This document shows, piece by piece, positions 14,542 to 26,678 of a stretch of 64,000 nt of DNA; position 1 is the stretch's first letter; each line of letters opens with the position of its first letter. Source of the DNA: Lobosporangium transversale (lineage: Eukaryota). The stretch covers positions 310,001-374,000 of the forward strand of contig NW_019029020.1 of the NCBI RefSeq assembly GCF_002105155.1, given 5' to 3'. The notes beneath the pieces are model-generated. The model was given only the letters and a program-made list of their open reading frames with translations, was not told the DNA's origin and did no database searches. The translations under genes and the position numbers were made by a program.

Positions 14542-14882
14542 GATGGGTTTTTAGGATTATTTTTTTCAGTACAATATTGTATCTGAGGAAGAATTTTATA
14601 CAGTGAGCTTGGAGTTTGAGTTTTAGCGTTCAATGCTTTTGAGGATACTTGAGGGTCGCAGGGATTAGAGGGTGATGAACAAAGAGTGGGCCAGAATTAT
14701 AAGGACGAGAATCAACAAAAGCTTCATGCCCCATCATTTCAAGTTACATGTATGCATGTGTACACCAACATTGTGTTGTGTAGGGTCACGAGAATAATAA
14801 GCACGTGTACACCTCCTTTCTCTTTTATTGAGGCAACCTGTTTTGTCGTAGGTGATTTTAAAGGGACCGGTACAAGATGGGC

Positions 14883-17879
14883 TCACGCTAGATAGTTGTA
14901 TATTGTCCTAAGGGAAAGCAAAAGGAATATATAGCGTCAGCTTACATTTTGGTAAAAGTAGTGCAGTTGTTCCAATATTCCGACAGGAGCTTGTGCCATT
15001 CACAGTTACCTGTCTCCAGGAGCTCTCTCAAGGTATTCTCGGTCGATTAGAGCTTCAATGCGCTTTTTGATCATAGATGGAGCTGGGTTAAAGCGCCCTT
15101 GTAGCTGACTTATGACCTCAGTAATCAAGTTATTGTGATCCAAGGATTTGCGGTTCTTCATCACTCTCACAATTGCAGCTTCGGCTATGTGCTTGCGATC
15201 TTCATCTACCTTCTCCTGCGTCTCCTTGAGCTCTACTGCCGACTCAACCTTGGATGCAATTGTTTGAATTTTGATACGTAGCTGTCTCTCTGAAAATGCT
15301 GCATTGAACTTGAATGTATCTGTTTCTGCAATCTCTCTAGATTTTGGATCCTTTATCAAAACTTTAAATTTCCCGCAGGCTACAGACTGTAGTGTCCGCT
15401 TCAAATTCTCTGCAGGGAGTCCAGTCTCCTGTTCGATGGTCGTATAAGAAAGGGATTCACCCTCTGGTACATTATTGAAGAGAAGTAGAACAATGGCAGC
15501 CATAGTTGACACATTGAGCTCATGCTTCTTGTTATCGAAAGTTGCTCGCAGATCCACATTGCCCTTTATAAAAGAATCGTAATATAGCGGTATGGTTAGA
15601 CCGTATTTTTCCCATCCTCATAAATTTAATTGATGTTGTATGGTGAGATACATACCATTGTCATGTGCCATGTTAATTTTCTACCATTATGTCGTGAAGT
15701 GTAGAACCTCTCAAAGACTTTAGTGGCAGCCAAAAAGTCCACTGGGAGATTACATGGCACAGGCATTGATGAGATTGGCCAGAACGTAGACGTCAACACT
15801 GTGACATTCAGCTCAAACGGTGGAGTATCAGCTACTTTTCCAAGGAATTCTTTGAATGATCCCATGGTATCTGTCGACAAACGCATGTCCGTGAACATTC
15901 CTTCAAGTTTGGATGTGAACTGGAAGCCACACTCGATCTTCAATTTAGAGATCATACCACGTTCTGCTTCATCACTAAGGCTCTTTCCATGTAACAGTCG
16001 GTTGGACAAATGTTGTTTATAGTATCTCTCAAATACATCCTTATCTGAGAGGAAGCGGAAAAGCGTTGTGGTCTTATTAAGGATCAAATCAACTTCGTCA
16101 TCTGATTTCTATAAGGCAGATAGGGTAGCGAATGACGTTCAGACAATGTGACAAAGTGGTCAAGAAATAAATCACGCAGCAACACTGAGCCTCAGCAAGT
16201 TGAGGATAAAGTAAAACTTACTCCTTTGAAATCTTTCTTAAGTTTGTTGTCAATAAAAAGCGACATGAATTCAGGCGCTTTGAAGTTCAAGTTTATGAAA
16301 ATTTCGAACGCAGAGTTGATCGCTGTTTCAAACGATTTATCTTTGGAAAAGGCTGAGTTCAAGATGGTGTCGAATTTATCTTTTAAATCAAGAACTTCCT
16401 GTACCCATCTCAGCGCCAAAGCTACGCCCAGCGGTATTCCTTTCTCTGTATTTTCAATCGCTGATTCCTTCACATTTGTATTGATTGCTTTGCCACATTC
16501 TTTAATGTAGCTAGAAACGCCAGACTGGAGCTCCTTCGCTCCGTTGGGTACTCTTGAAAAAAGCCTGTACATACGATCCAAATCTGCCATGGAAATTAAG
16601 ATATTAGGTATTTAAGTATATAAAACTAAACATAGATCCACCAATAAACTAATAAAATTCGCCTTCTATACCTTCTAAGCGATTATTGATTAAAAGTTGC
16701 TTCAGACCCCAATTTTCCATTTCCATGACTGTTTTGAGATGCTTTGCAATCATCTCTTGCTCAACAATCATGCGAATCTTCGGTTCCGTCTTTTCCGTCA
16801 AATAGTGGGAGCAACGCTGCTGTTCTTCATCCAGTCTATTCTCCACCTAGTCGGCAGTCAGAAAAAATATTAACATATTAGTATATGTATAGGACAAGGA
16901 AGGGAGCTTAGTGTGAACAGACAACCACACCACTTCATTACCTTGCGCATATACTCAGGCGGGTCAAACCTTCTGACAAGATCATCGCTTTCAATCCGGT
17001 AAAACTCGCGGCTCGTCTCCACAAAACGGGTTTCAAAGTCTGACACATAGATCGAGTCTGCTCCGTTGTTCTCCTTCATCTCAAGTAGCATATCTGTGCA
17101 AGCCTTAATGGCTCCACGATCAATCATATCTCCTTTTCGCTCTAAGGTTATTTGCTCAAGTAAAACCTTCTGCAAATGTGATTGAATGGGATATTTTTGC
17201 GATCGAATAACTGTGTCTCTGAAGAGGTAAAGGCCCATGTCATATGTTCGAGGTAATCTACTCTGAGGCACATAATTCTTGTCCTATTGATATGGTATCC
17301 AATAACACTTAATTTCTGACATTATCCAAGGAATCAGGTATCGAATGACGAGGAGATGGAACCAGATTGAGTGTCGCTTCTTTGACCAGTATTATCCTGA
17401 CTTACCATGTGCACAAGGATATCGCTAATCATTAGAAGGCAAGTCACATGGTGCTTCCAGAGCCTCTGTATTGCTTTTAAGACCTGTACTCCTTCTGAGG
17501 GCGATGTATCTGCAATACCCAGTATAGGGACGATCTTGCTTTCGGCTTCTGACATCAAGTGCTTTTCGATCAGCTCCTTAGTGCCATTATAAAGGCGCTC
17601 GCCACACTTATGAATAACGAGGTTGTATCCGCATCGGTAGACCTCTTCATAAGACAGAGTATAAGCCTTTTGCTCATGGATAGTCGTAATAGCGTTGGCA
17701 AGAGTTGACCAAGTGCTTTCAAAATGCGACTCTGCTGCAGCCTGAAATAAAATAGAAGCATGGGTTGTATTAGTAACTTGTATTATGACTTGGCTAAAGT
17801 TGTGCTAGTATGGACTTACCTTTCTCTGGGGAGGCCTTATTTTCCCTCTAACAGGTCTTCTTCCTTGAAGAGAAGCCAT
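14883..17879 (-). CDS. cul3: Cullin-3, multi-exon
   Basis: N-terminus MASLQGRRPVRGKIRPPQRK; cullin homology region FRFLSDKDVFERYYKQHLSNRLL...CGFQFTSKLEGMFTDM; neddylation motif EAAIVRVMKNRK. The last exon encodes RTIYNYLA* with the stop at 14883-14885. Confidence 0.96.
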
Positions 17880-18318
17880 TGAAATGTTGAAGGTCTTAGT
17901 GGAAGCGTGACGGATTAACGTGCGAACAATGTGAACCGAGGAAGAAAAAAAAAAATGTAGCGAGACGAGTTTAGGAAAGAAAGAAAGTATACCGGGCGAT
18001 GAGGTTAGGAAAAGATTGGAATCTTGACAAAGTGGTCAAATGAGTGTGTCGATGTGTCAATGGAAAAGCACTGAGGGGAGAAGGGGGTGCAAGTGGGTGA
18101 CCAAGTGATTGAAGAATAGGTACAATGCACTGTTCACAAAAAAAAAAAAAAGCGGACAGTCACGAGAACGAATATTTGGTGGCACCAAATGACAAAAAAA
18201 CATGCCTTTCATTCTTTCCGAATCCAGAAGTTGTTTCTCATGAGCCTTCGCATGCGAAAAGAATTACATTTTAAACATTAGCGTTGACCAGACTGTCATT
18301 CTAGCGCAAGAGCGTATT

Positions 18319-20266
18319 ATGCACCAATCACTGAAGCATAAGCTGGTAGGACAAGCAGCTGCATTGGAATGGTTTTTCTGAAGGGAGCCCAAGAAAAGTA
18401 CTATATTAACAGACGTCCTTTGTGCGTCTAATAGGATGCTCCAGAGGACGAGAATTATCGTCCACGGACGCGTAAATCCATAGGCAGGCCTTCGCCTAGT
18501 TCTTATCACAATGTAAATGATCCAAAGCAGTCGACGGCCACAGTGCTCCATGATCAACTGACGTCTACTGTGGAATCTGAGCATTTGTCCCTGCGGAACT
18601 TAGTGGCGCCCCCTACAGGCTCTATAACATCTCACTCGAATTCGGCAACCTCACGCACCAACCAACGCATAATGAATGCGAAGACATCATTTTCACGACC
18701 TGAGCGTAAAACAATGGCTGTATCTCAGGTCTCGAAACACTTCGTCTTCGAAGCAGCTATCTCTGGAAAACCAACCCAAAGTACACAAAGATTTAGCCAA
18801 TTTTCCATCCGCCCAGCCATAACAGACACTATTCCTGTCTCTCGAGCAACAAGGCGACAATTTGATCCGTCAAAAATCAAGAGGTCATCAGAGTTTGCAA
18901 AAAACTTCATCCTCCCAACCCCTAATAACAACGCCACCGCCACAAAAAGCAAAAGGAAGGATAAGTTCAACCCGCCGCTTGTGAGGTATGAGCTGTAGAC
19001 AAACCTTTTTTTCTTTTATATTGAATTGTGATTCTAGTGTCCACCATCCACTAACTGGGTTTTCGAGTGTTTTCTAGTGGAGGCTATGCAGAAACCCTGG
19101 TAAACCTGATGGCATACCATAAATCTGAACACACGATGTGGGCAAATGCAGCATTTAGACAAGGTATGAGAATGATATTTCATTAGAATCAGTGGGGAAA
19201 ACAGATCTGTCATTAATATATACATACATGTACATGTCCCAAACACTCTGTAGACAAAGTATTTGGATCCACAGAACCGATAGGTATAATTGAAATCACA
19301 TACATTTCCAAGAATCATAATCTACAATGGGCTCTATGCAAAATTATTCAGAGTAAAAACAGCAAACCACCATTCGATATTACTTTTAATCAGGAGGTAC
19401 AGGCAGAGTTTCATCAACCAATAGATGCGAGGACCCAACCTATCTGTGAGGGGCAGAAGCAAATGCCCCAGACTGCCGAATATGAATTTGTGAGCTCGGC
19501 GCCATCACAAGATCAAAGTAATATCATCGAGGTCGATTCTGACCCATTACAGCTTGAAGAGGAAGACTCAATTAGTGGAATAGACAAAGGAATGCATAAG
19601 ATGGACGTGTTGTTGAGTTCAAAAAGCCCAGTACTCGATAACAGTTTTGACGTTTTTATGGAGGGTCAGCAAAAAGTTCGAGTGCAGCCTGATTCCAATC
19701 TGAACACTATTTGTGAAGAAGAGCCCGACACAGTACATCAGTTGCAATTCTTGATGAGCTCACAAGGCTCGGAAGAAGGAGCTCAGGATGAGAATGAAAA
19801 TGAGATAGACCAGATACGCAAGGAGTTTATGCAACAACGGCAGTTGCTTTGTGAAGCAAAACATACATTGAAAAGTACTACCATATCGTGCGGAAGTAAA
19901 ACCAATGTCAACGACGAAATCCGGAATGGTAACGCTGCCTTTAGTAGTGATTGTGCCTTGTCAAAAGCAGCAGAAGCGATTAGCGGTACTTACGATAGGT
20001 CATTGAATCTGGGGAATCGATACGTGTCGGAGTCCGTCCAAGATGCTACAGAGAACTCTTCTTCCTTCGTCGAACCTAAGAATCCAGGATCAAGTCTCGT
20101 TATCATATTTTCAAATCTTTTTGACTGGTCTGCGCTTAAAGTTAATGATAAAGTTGAGATACATGAGCCTTGTAGAAAAATCGCGATACCTGGCCTCAGT
20201 ATGGTAGCCTATGGGTCCGCAGTGTGGATTGCTGAGCGGTACAAAGTCATATCGAATCAGCGCTGA
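18319..20266 (+). CDS. Hypothetical protein with SPIDR/DUF4502-like OB-fold motifs; exons about 18319-18345, 18436-18984, 19078-19163, 19254-20266
   Basis: In-phase splicing joins PPLVSGGYAETLVNLMAYHKSEHTMWAN, PIGIIEITYISKNHNLQWALCKII and SLVIIFSNLFDWSALKVNDKVEIHEPCRKIAIPG. The resemblance to SPIDR is from recall, not a search. The first exon is tentative. Confidence 0.6.
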
Positions 20267-20938
20267 GTATGCACATTTTACAGTTATATGTGAACCTCGC
20301 ATTCATTATTTCATAAAAATTTATGATACATTCATGCCCAACTTTTTGTCCTGTTGCTTCTACATCTTATTATACTTGCATTAACCGCCGTTGTCGAGCG
20401 TCCTCTGAATTACTTTTGGATGGTCTCTTTGCCATCTTTCATTTAAAACCGTGTCTGCACAAACGTGTCCAAGCATTAGACCACTATCAACATCATCCTT
20501 AGGAAATTCTGGACTTGACATCTATTTTTCTGTGGCATTATTCAAGACCAGAGTGGGCTTGGTCTCAGATAAGAATAGAAGGAGTTTTGAAAATCATCCG
20601 CATTGAAATATTTTGATGCTTCTCACCACAATGACAGTTGTTGGTGCAGCTATATTGGTTTCATATTTGTACCTGGTTTGATATCAGCTCATTGGAACCT
20701 GAATTGATCCTGACTTTAGTTGATGAGCGAAACATCAACTGGAGTCAAGTCTATCCAAAAAGGAAGCCAACACAAGTTCCTAAATTCTATCCCAGAGTAA
20801 ACAGAGTCGTCATCAAGGGATAGCTTTATTTAGTTATAAAAAAGAACTATTCATAATATTCACGTATTTGCCATAACAGAAAGGGAAGCCATATCTTTCT
20901 GATAGAAAGCAACTTCACATTCTCTAGTAATACTTGAA

Positions 20939-21844
20939 TTACGTCTTGGCAATGAGTTGCGCACGTGGAGCCAATTTGGCCTCTTCCAGCGTTTGTTGCA
21001 AAGCCGAGCCCTCATATACCCTAAGTAAAAGGCGGCAGACATCAACGATGTCAAACATGTACAACCTAGTATTCATTAGCGTATAAATACATTGAGCCTA
21101 TTTCCTTAAATACTTACATCTTTGGAAAATTGGTCATTAATGAGAACCCGGGAGCATTGATTCCTCTAGCGTTCAAGTTGGCCCTGACAAACTCATAGAC
21201 CTGTTGTAACGTGTGTGAAGGCTCAAAGTCACCACGAACCATGGACCCATCTGGCAATCGAATTTGAATCTGGCAAGCGCCACCTGGTCCATCTACGGTC
21301 TCGGTATTTACAAATGGAGTCGCGCCATCGTAGGCGCTGCTACTGCTGCCACTGCTACTGCCGCCCAACGTCTGCCCCACACCTGAGAAAACATTGCCAT
21401 CGTCGTGCTTCTTGATTAAGGCCTGAATCTGGCCTACATCTGCTCCTACAATTCGCCCAACTTCTGAACCATTCTTCATAAAAACGATTGTGGGCATGGC
21501 GGATATTTCATATGATCCAGCGCATTCTTTTGCCTGGTCCACATCCATCTTTGCAAAGATAACTGACTTGTGCTTCTTTTCAAGCTCTTCAAGTATGGGA
21601 GCTAGAGTCCTGCATGGTCCACACCATGTTGCAAAAAAGTCGACAACAACCTACCATTTAATGGATACGCCAGTGAAAAGGAAAAAAAAAAAAAAAAAAA
21701 AGCAGTGAGCCTTTAGTGAAATGTAGAGTACAAGTGCTTGTAAACGTGTCGAGTTGCCTTTATCCCGAATGTTTTATTTACAAGTTTGCGGCCTGCTGAA
21801 TTCAACACATTGTTGAGCTCGGATCCCGAGCTAACTTGTTTCAT
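20939..21844 (-). CDS. Thioredoxin-SHP box-UBX domain fusion protein, 225 aa; exons 21844-21782, 21650-21118, 21020-20939
   Basis: [39 protein letters not shown]...MPTIVFMKNG is a thioredoxin. VFSGVGQTLGG is an SHP box. CQIQIRLPDGSMVRGDFEPSHTLQQVYEFV...FSLMTNFPKMVYEGSALQQTLEEAKLAPRAQLIAKT is a UBX domain. Confidence 0.93.
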
Positions 21845-22441
21845 TAGGAAGGATAAAAGACGTAAGAATAGAGGAAATGAAATAGTCGATGATGTAGAAA
21901 AAGTGGATGTAAAGGTCCATTTCTAATTCAAGAATATAATGTTATTCGAAGGTCTGTGCGACAGTTGTCCTATTTTGCTTTTTATCCAGTGATTGATGCA
22001 TCTGATGCACAGAATATTACGAAAACTTTGGTAAACGTGTTCCAGACATTTCTTGGGTAATTAGCTTTATGAAATAAAAACAAGAGGCGAAGAATATAAT
22101 ATACAACGTATCGAGTCAATTAAGTAACTAAACGCACCCAGTAATAAAAAGTTTTGATGGCAGGCCGCGTGTAGACTTATAGCTGATGGATAATATGTTT
22201 TTTTTGAAATTATACTCAAGCGATGGATATGATAATAGAAAAGGATTCTACACGGCCATGTCTCTGGAGTCTGCCAGGGACATCCGAGATATGAACCATT
22301 CACATTAAAATTTAAACAATATAATCGAACTTAATCTGAGCCAATACAACAAACACTATGTATTTATTTATTATTGTTGCTAATTCGTTGTTCTTGATTC
22401 TGCTTTATAAACCTTTTGGGCCTACATAATATTCATCAAAG

Positions 22442-24283
22442 TTAGGTTAGCGTCTCGTCCCCGCTAGGGATCAGTGAGCCTGTTGACTCTGGTCCAGCCG
22501 AAGCCAAGGTCATTGTCGAAGGATTCGCTGAAACCGCTTGTTTGGATTCTTCATCTGCATGTTCCGAGATGTTATCAACTACGCTGTTCGTGTTAAGCGC
22601 TCTCGTCTTGTCTTCAGAAACCTTGCGAGATGATGCGCGCGATGAAAAATCATCGATTGCACTAGTAGATTGTGGTCTTGAAAGTGGTTCCGCCCGTTCA
22701 TTTTTGGGTGTTGTAATTGGTGTGACAGACGCAATTGATCCTGAATCACTGGCTTCTGCTCGATGATAAACCCCTTCTGGCCACTCCCCGGAGGGGCCCA
22801 TATTACCAATAGATTGTGTGGCTATACCAAGCTCTGCAAGCATGATTGGGAGCACTCCTGAACGTGCATAGAACATTTGTAGTCGAAGACGAAGGCATTC
22901 TGAGTATAGGTCCTCAATTGCACGAGATGCATATAGGCCGGCGCGGACGTTCCGAATGAAAATGTAGAACTCACAAACGGCTACCAAACGGTCTCGACAA
23001 AATCGATCGATGAACGACCATTCGTCGGAAGTCGCTATGCGATACCGATGGCTTAGGGGTCCTGCGCGTCCACAGGCCTGACAGCCTCCCTTAGGTGCCT
23101 GATACATAGCATACTGCGTCTGTAGTCGCTCCCAGAGCATGTTCTTGTTAGAAATGGAATTGCGCGCAGGTGAAGGTGGTTGTTGAGCTGCTAGAATCAT
23201 ACGTTCGTATTCCTTGACTTGCTCTGGCGTCGCTTCCTCGATATAACACGTGTTGGAACAGATGCCTTCTGTAAGTTTCCTAGCTGAAATCCTGGGGTTG
23301 TTTCCGAATCGTAGGCACGGTTCTACATCCTCGTCTTGACAATGTCGCATGAAAGGCAAACTATGAATCTTTGCCAAGCGCACTGACGCACTTTGCGTAA
23401 CAAATTCCTTGAATTCTTGGATTAATTGGCCATCGATAGCTATTGCAGTCTCCGGCCCCGGTGATGCTGGCTGTTCAATCTCCGAGATCCTGCTCAAGCC
23501 AAATAATTGAGCAAGATCAACGCTTCCACGGTCTGAAGGATTGGTTGAAGAGCGTTTACTCTGCGGTCGTGACTCCATCATAGACTCCATTTTTGCCTTA
23601 AGCTCCTTGAGCTGGGAAGTCTCGGCTGCGAGTCGCTCCTGAGCGTCTTTCAGCTCGAGTTCGAGATGTTTCCGTTTCAACTCAAGTTGATGCCTTGCTC
23701 TCGCCTCTGATGCCACCATACCGTTGGCCTCTTCAAATAATGTGCGACTGAGCTCCTCCAACTCATTTTCAACCATTTCTTTGGCATGTTGCATCTCGGC
23801 GACTTTCTCGATCTCGTCCACATATTTGTCGTTCAGGATTGCTAGATCGCGCTGAACGTTTGAGTGTTCAGATGTTTTTACAGCGAGTGTATTTTCAAGC
23901 TCTTCAACTTTTTGACGGAGCATCCGCGTTTCTGCCGACTCAGACGTAGCTCGTGCCTGTGCCTCCTCCAGATGTTTTTGAGTGCGCTCCTGCTCCTCAA
24001 GCAATCGCGCGTGTTCCATCGCTGCTTCCGCCCAAGCAGGGATTGTACGCTGACAAATACCGCAGGTCCCATTGGCGTAAGTCCTGTTTACCCTGTGGCA
24101 GGGACAGCCTCCTTCAGTGGGGTTATGCACGCTTCCATTTATGTAACCGGAATTGCCACTAGTACTAGTGTTGGTACTGATGTTGCCCTGCTCGCTATTC
24201 ACACTGTCGGCATTGATGGCATGCGAATCAGCGGTCGAGTCATCAATTGCAACTGTAGCAGCATCGATTTTGTCAGAGTTCAT
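22442..24283 (-). CDS. sec2: Sec2/Rabin8-type Rab GEF, intronless
   Basis: Sec2p coiled-coil motif EMVENELEELSRTLFEEANGMVASEAR, plus the fungal Sec2 C-terminal region EDVEPCLRF...CRDRLVAVCEFYIFIRNVR...LRLQMFYARSG. The first in-frame ATG is at 24283. Confidence 0.92.
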   Translation of the reverse strand: MNSDKIDAATVAIDDSTADSHAINADSVNSEQGNISTNTSTSGNSGYINGSVHNPTEGGCPCHRVNRTYANGTCGICQRTIPAWAEAAMEHARLLEEQERTQKHLEEAQARATSESAETRMLRQKVEELENTLAVKTSEHSNVQRDLAILNDKYVDEIEKVAEMQHAKEMVENELEELSRTLFEEANGMVASEARARHQLELKRKHLELELKDAQERLAAETSQLKELKAKMESMMESRPQSKRSSTNPSDRGSVDLAQLFGLSRISEIEQPASPGPETAIAIDGQLIQEFKEFVTQSASVRLAKIHSLPFMRHCQDEDVEPCLRFGNNPRISARKLTEGICSNTCYIEEATPEQVKEYERMILAAQQPPSPARNSISNKNMLWERLQTQYAMYQAPKGGCQACGRAGPLSHRYRIATSDEWSFIDRFCRDRLVAVCEFYIFIRNVRAGLYASRAIEDLYSECLRLRLQMFYARSGVLPIMLAELGIATQSIGNMGPSGEWPEGVYHRAEASDSGSIASVTPITTPKNERAEPLSRPQSTSAIDDFSSRASSRKVSEDKTRALNTNSVVDNISEHADEESKQAVSANPSTMTLASAGPESTGSLIPSGDETLT

Positions 24284-24805
24284 GACGTGGCAATAAAAAG
24301 GCAATTGGGTATGTCTCTGTCCAACCTTTCTATGTTTGTTGCTAGCTGTGCTTGAGTTGGCTCCCTTTCGTTAGTTCTGTGATTGAATGACTGAGAAGTG
24401 CGGTATGATTTACAAATTTTTGAATGAAGTCAAGATCCTAATGGCAACAGACCACTTTTGCAGATGGCTGCGCGTGATGGAAGAATCAATCGGGTAAGAT
24501 TCTGTAGAGGGAGTGAATGGGGGTGATAAAGAGAAATAAAGGCAGGTCGAGTCAACACCCACTCCACAGTCCTCATCCTATTTGGCTCTTTTGAACTTCT
24601 GATGCGCTCTACCACACACACACACACGACAGAGCTGCAGATCCATTGCATGAAATCAACTAACCAGAATGCCAATCCCACGTTTGCATGCACGACATGC
24701 AAACAAGTAACTTCTTACTGTTAACTTGTCACTGTGCACAGGCGCGTCTTGTCATACCAAAGCATTAAAGACGGTTTTTTATTATTTGCTTAAGTGAACA
24801 ACTCA

Positions 24806-26678
24806 TTAATGGCGAAATTGCTGGTGCTGAAATACACCCAACTGGCTAGAAAAGTCCTCGGTGTCTCCTGTACCGAATGGAATATCACCTGAATTGACGT
24901 CTTCTACCTTCGTTATTGAGGGAGAGTGCGGTTGATTTCCAATAACCGACGCTTGTGGTTGGCAGTATTGTTGTTGTTGCAGGTTTTCAGCAGGGTCCGT
25001 TGACGCTAGACTAGTATGCGGAGTGGACATGCTGGAGTATTTCTCTGCTGTTACTCTTGTGCTTATCGCATTAGGAATGTGATCGTTTCCATGAATGCAA
25101 GGTGCTTGTAGCTGCTTCAAGTCTGTGGGTGAAGCGGATTGCCTTGTAGTTATGCCTTTCCCCTGATGCACAGCAGATCGACCATTCCTGGGAACGAATT
25201 CATCCTCTGATTCAGGCTCGTCCTCAGCGTCTGGTCGCTCCCCCCGACCAAATCGGAGCGGAGGCAAGCCCTGTTCTCCAGCTTGCTCATGTTCCTCTCC
25301 TGTAGCGGCTTTAGCGACCGTACTTTGAAGCGAACCTTCTAGTACCGCACCTGGGTTTAGCCATGGAGGTGAGTGAGGAGGCCGAGGTGTAGGAGCCACA
25401 ATGTCCAATGATTGTTCACCTGATTGAAAGGATGCAGGCATTGTGTTTCTGTACGAGTTATCAAGAACCATCTCCTGCGATGGAGGATAAGGCAACGATG
25501 GAGTTCTTCTGGGGGATCCACCTGCTCCATGATGTATAATAGATCCTTGCCTTGGGAGACGGTGTAGATATCTATAAGCAAAAATAAAAAATAAAAAAAA
25601 AAAAAAAAAAAATCGAGCATTAACTGACATTGAGATTCCTTAGGATATAATAATCAAAATAGCATTTCTGAGAACTTCGTACCCGTAGCCAACATCACAT
25701 CCCAGCAATCCTTCTCCGCCCCATTCTTCATTTGGTATGATGACAATCTATAGAATGCAAATAATAACGACATGATTAATATTGAGGCATTATATGCATC
25801 CACAAGAAAAACATATCGAGTGGTGCTCTACTTGCCTCTCTGACATGGTCTGTTTCGGAATTATATACATGCAAGCGAAGTGGCTCGCCTATATTGTCCT
25901 CGATGAGATCATATAGATCCCCTTCGCCTCGCATAATGCCATAAGGTGTGCCAATAACATAGTCCGTATGCGCGCACAGTCCTGCCTTTTCAGCTGGTGA
26001 CCCATGAGCAACATCCTATTGAATGACAAAGCGATTTTTGTCGTTAACATATGTGCAACCCACACATGGTACTCACAAGCTGATTAGCATCATTAGTACC
26101 AGAATATGCCAGACGACATCATTCGCTGCATCAAACATGCAAAATCGAATGCTACATCCGATCAATCCACCTTTTCCATCCCCCCAGTTCCTTGTAGGGA
26201 TCATCTCAACTCCTATTTTTGATAAAAACATGGGATCATATATGATCAGTGTACAATGTAGTAGCCGAACAAAAGACAAGGTTTTTCACTAAATCAGCTG
26301 CCTACTTCTACCAGCTTGCTCTCGAGTCGAATAAACATCTAGCATGACAGGTCTGCCTTCGTTCGCTTGCATCTGTTCTTGAAGATAGGTACTTTCGGTG
26401 TTTAGACGCACACCATTAATTGCCACAATGTAGTCAAAAAAAGGGCGGATGCCTGCCTTGAATGCGGGGGAGCCCTCTTTGACCTTCATGATCAACGAAG
26501 AATTGGATATCCAGACAAGTAGTGAGAAACCGAGGTAACGCGTAAGAACGCGCACTAAGTACAAGGCTCGCGTAAGGTGGTCAATAATTCTTTTAACTTG
26601 AGATTAAAGTTGTTTTACCCTGAGGACATGATATCCCAGGCGGTGTCGACCCTCCTCCCCAGAAGTTGTGTTTCCCAT
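24806..26678 (-). CDS. grh1: GRASP55/65 family Golgi reassembly stacking protein (Grh1), multi-exon, one GC-AG intron
   Basis: MGNTTS...[31 protein letters not shown]...GLIGCSIRF...VWHILDVAHGSPAEKAGL...[20 protein letters not shown] forms tandem GRASP PDZ domains, followed by a Ser/Pro-rich tail. Confidence 0.94.

Noticed and set aside
20720..20733. TTGATGAGCGAAAC resembles a hammerhead ribozyme core
   Set aside because: It has TTGATGA rather than CTGATGA and no real stem II, and the sequence is locked in a simple hairpin.
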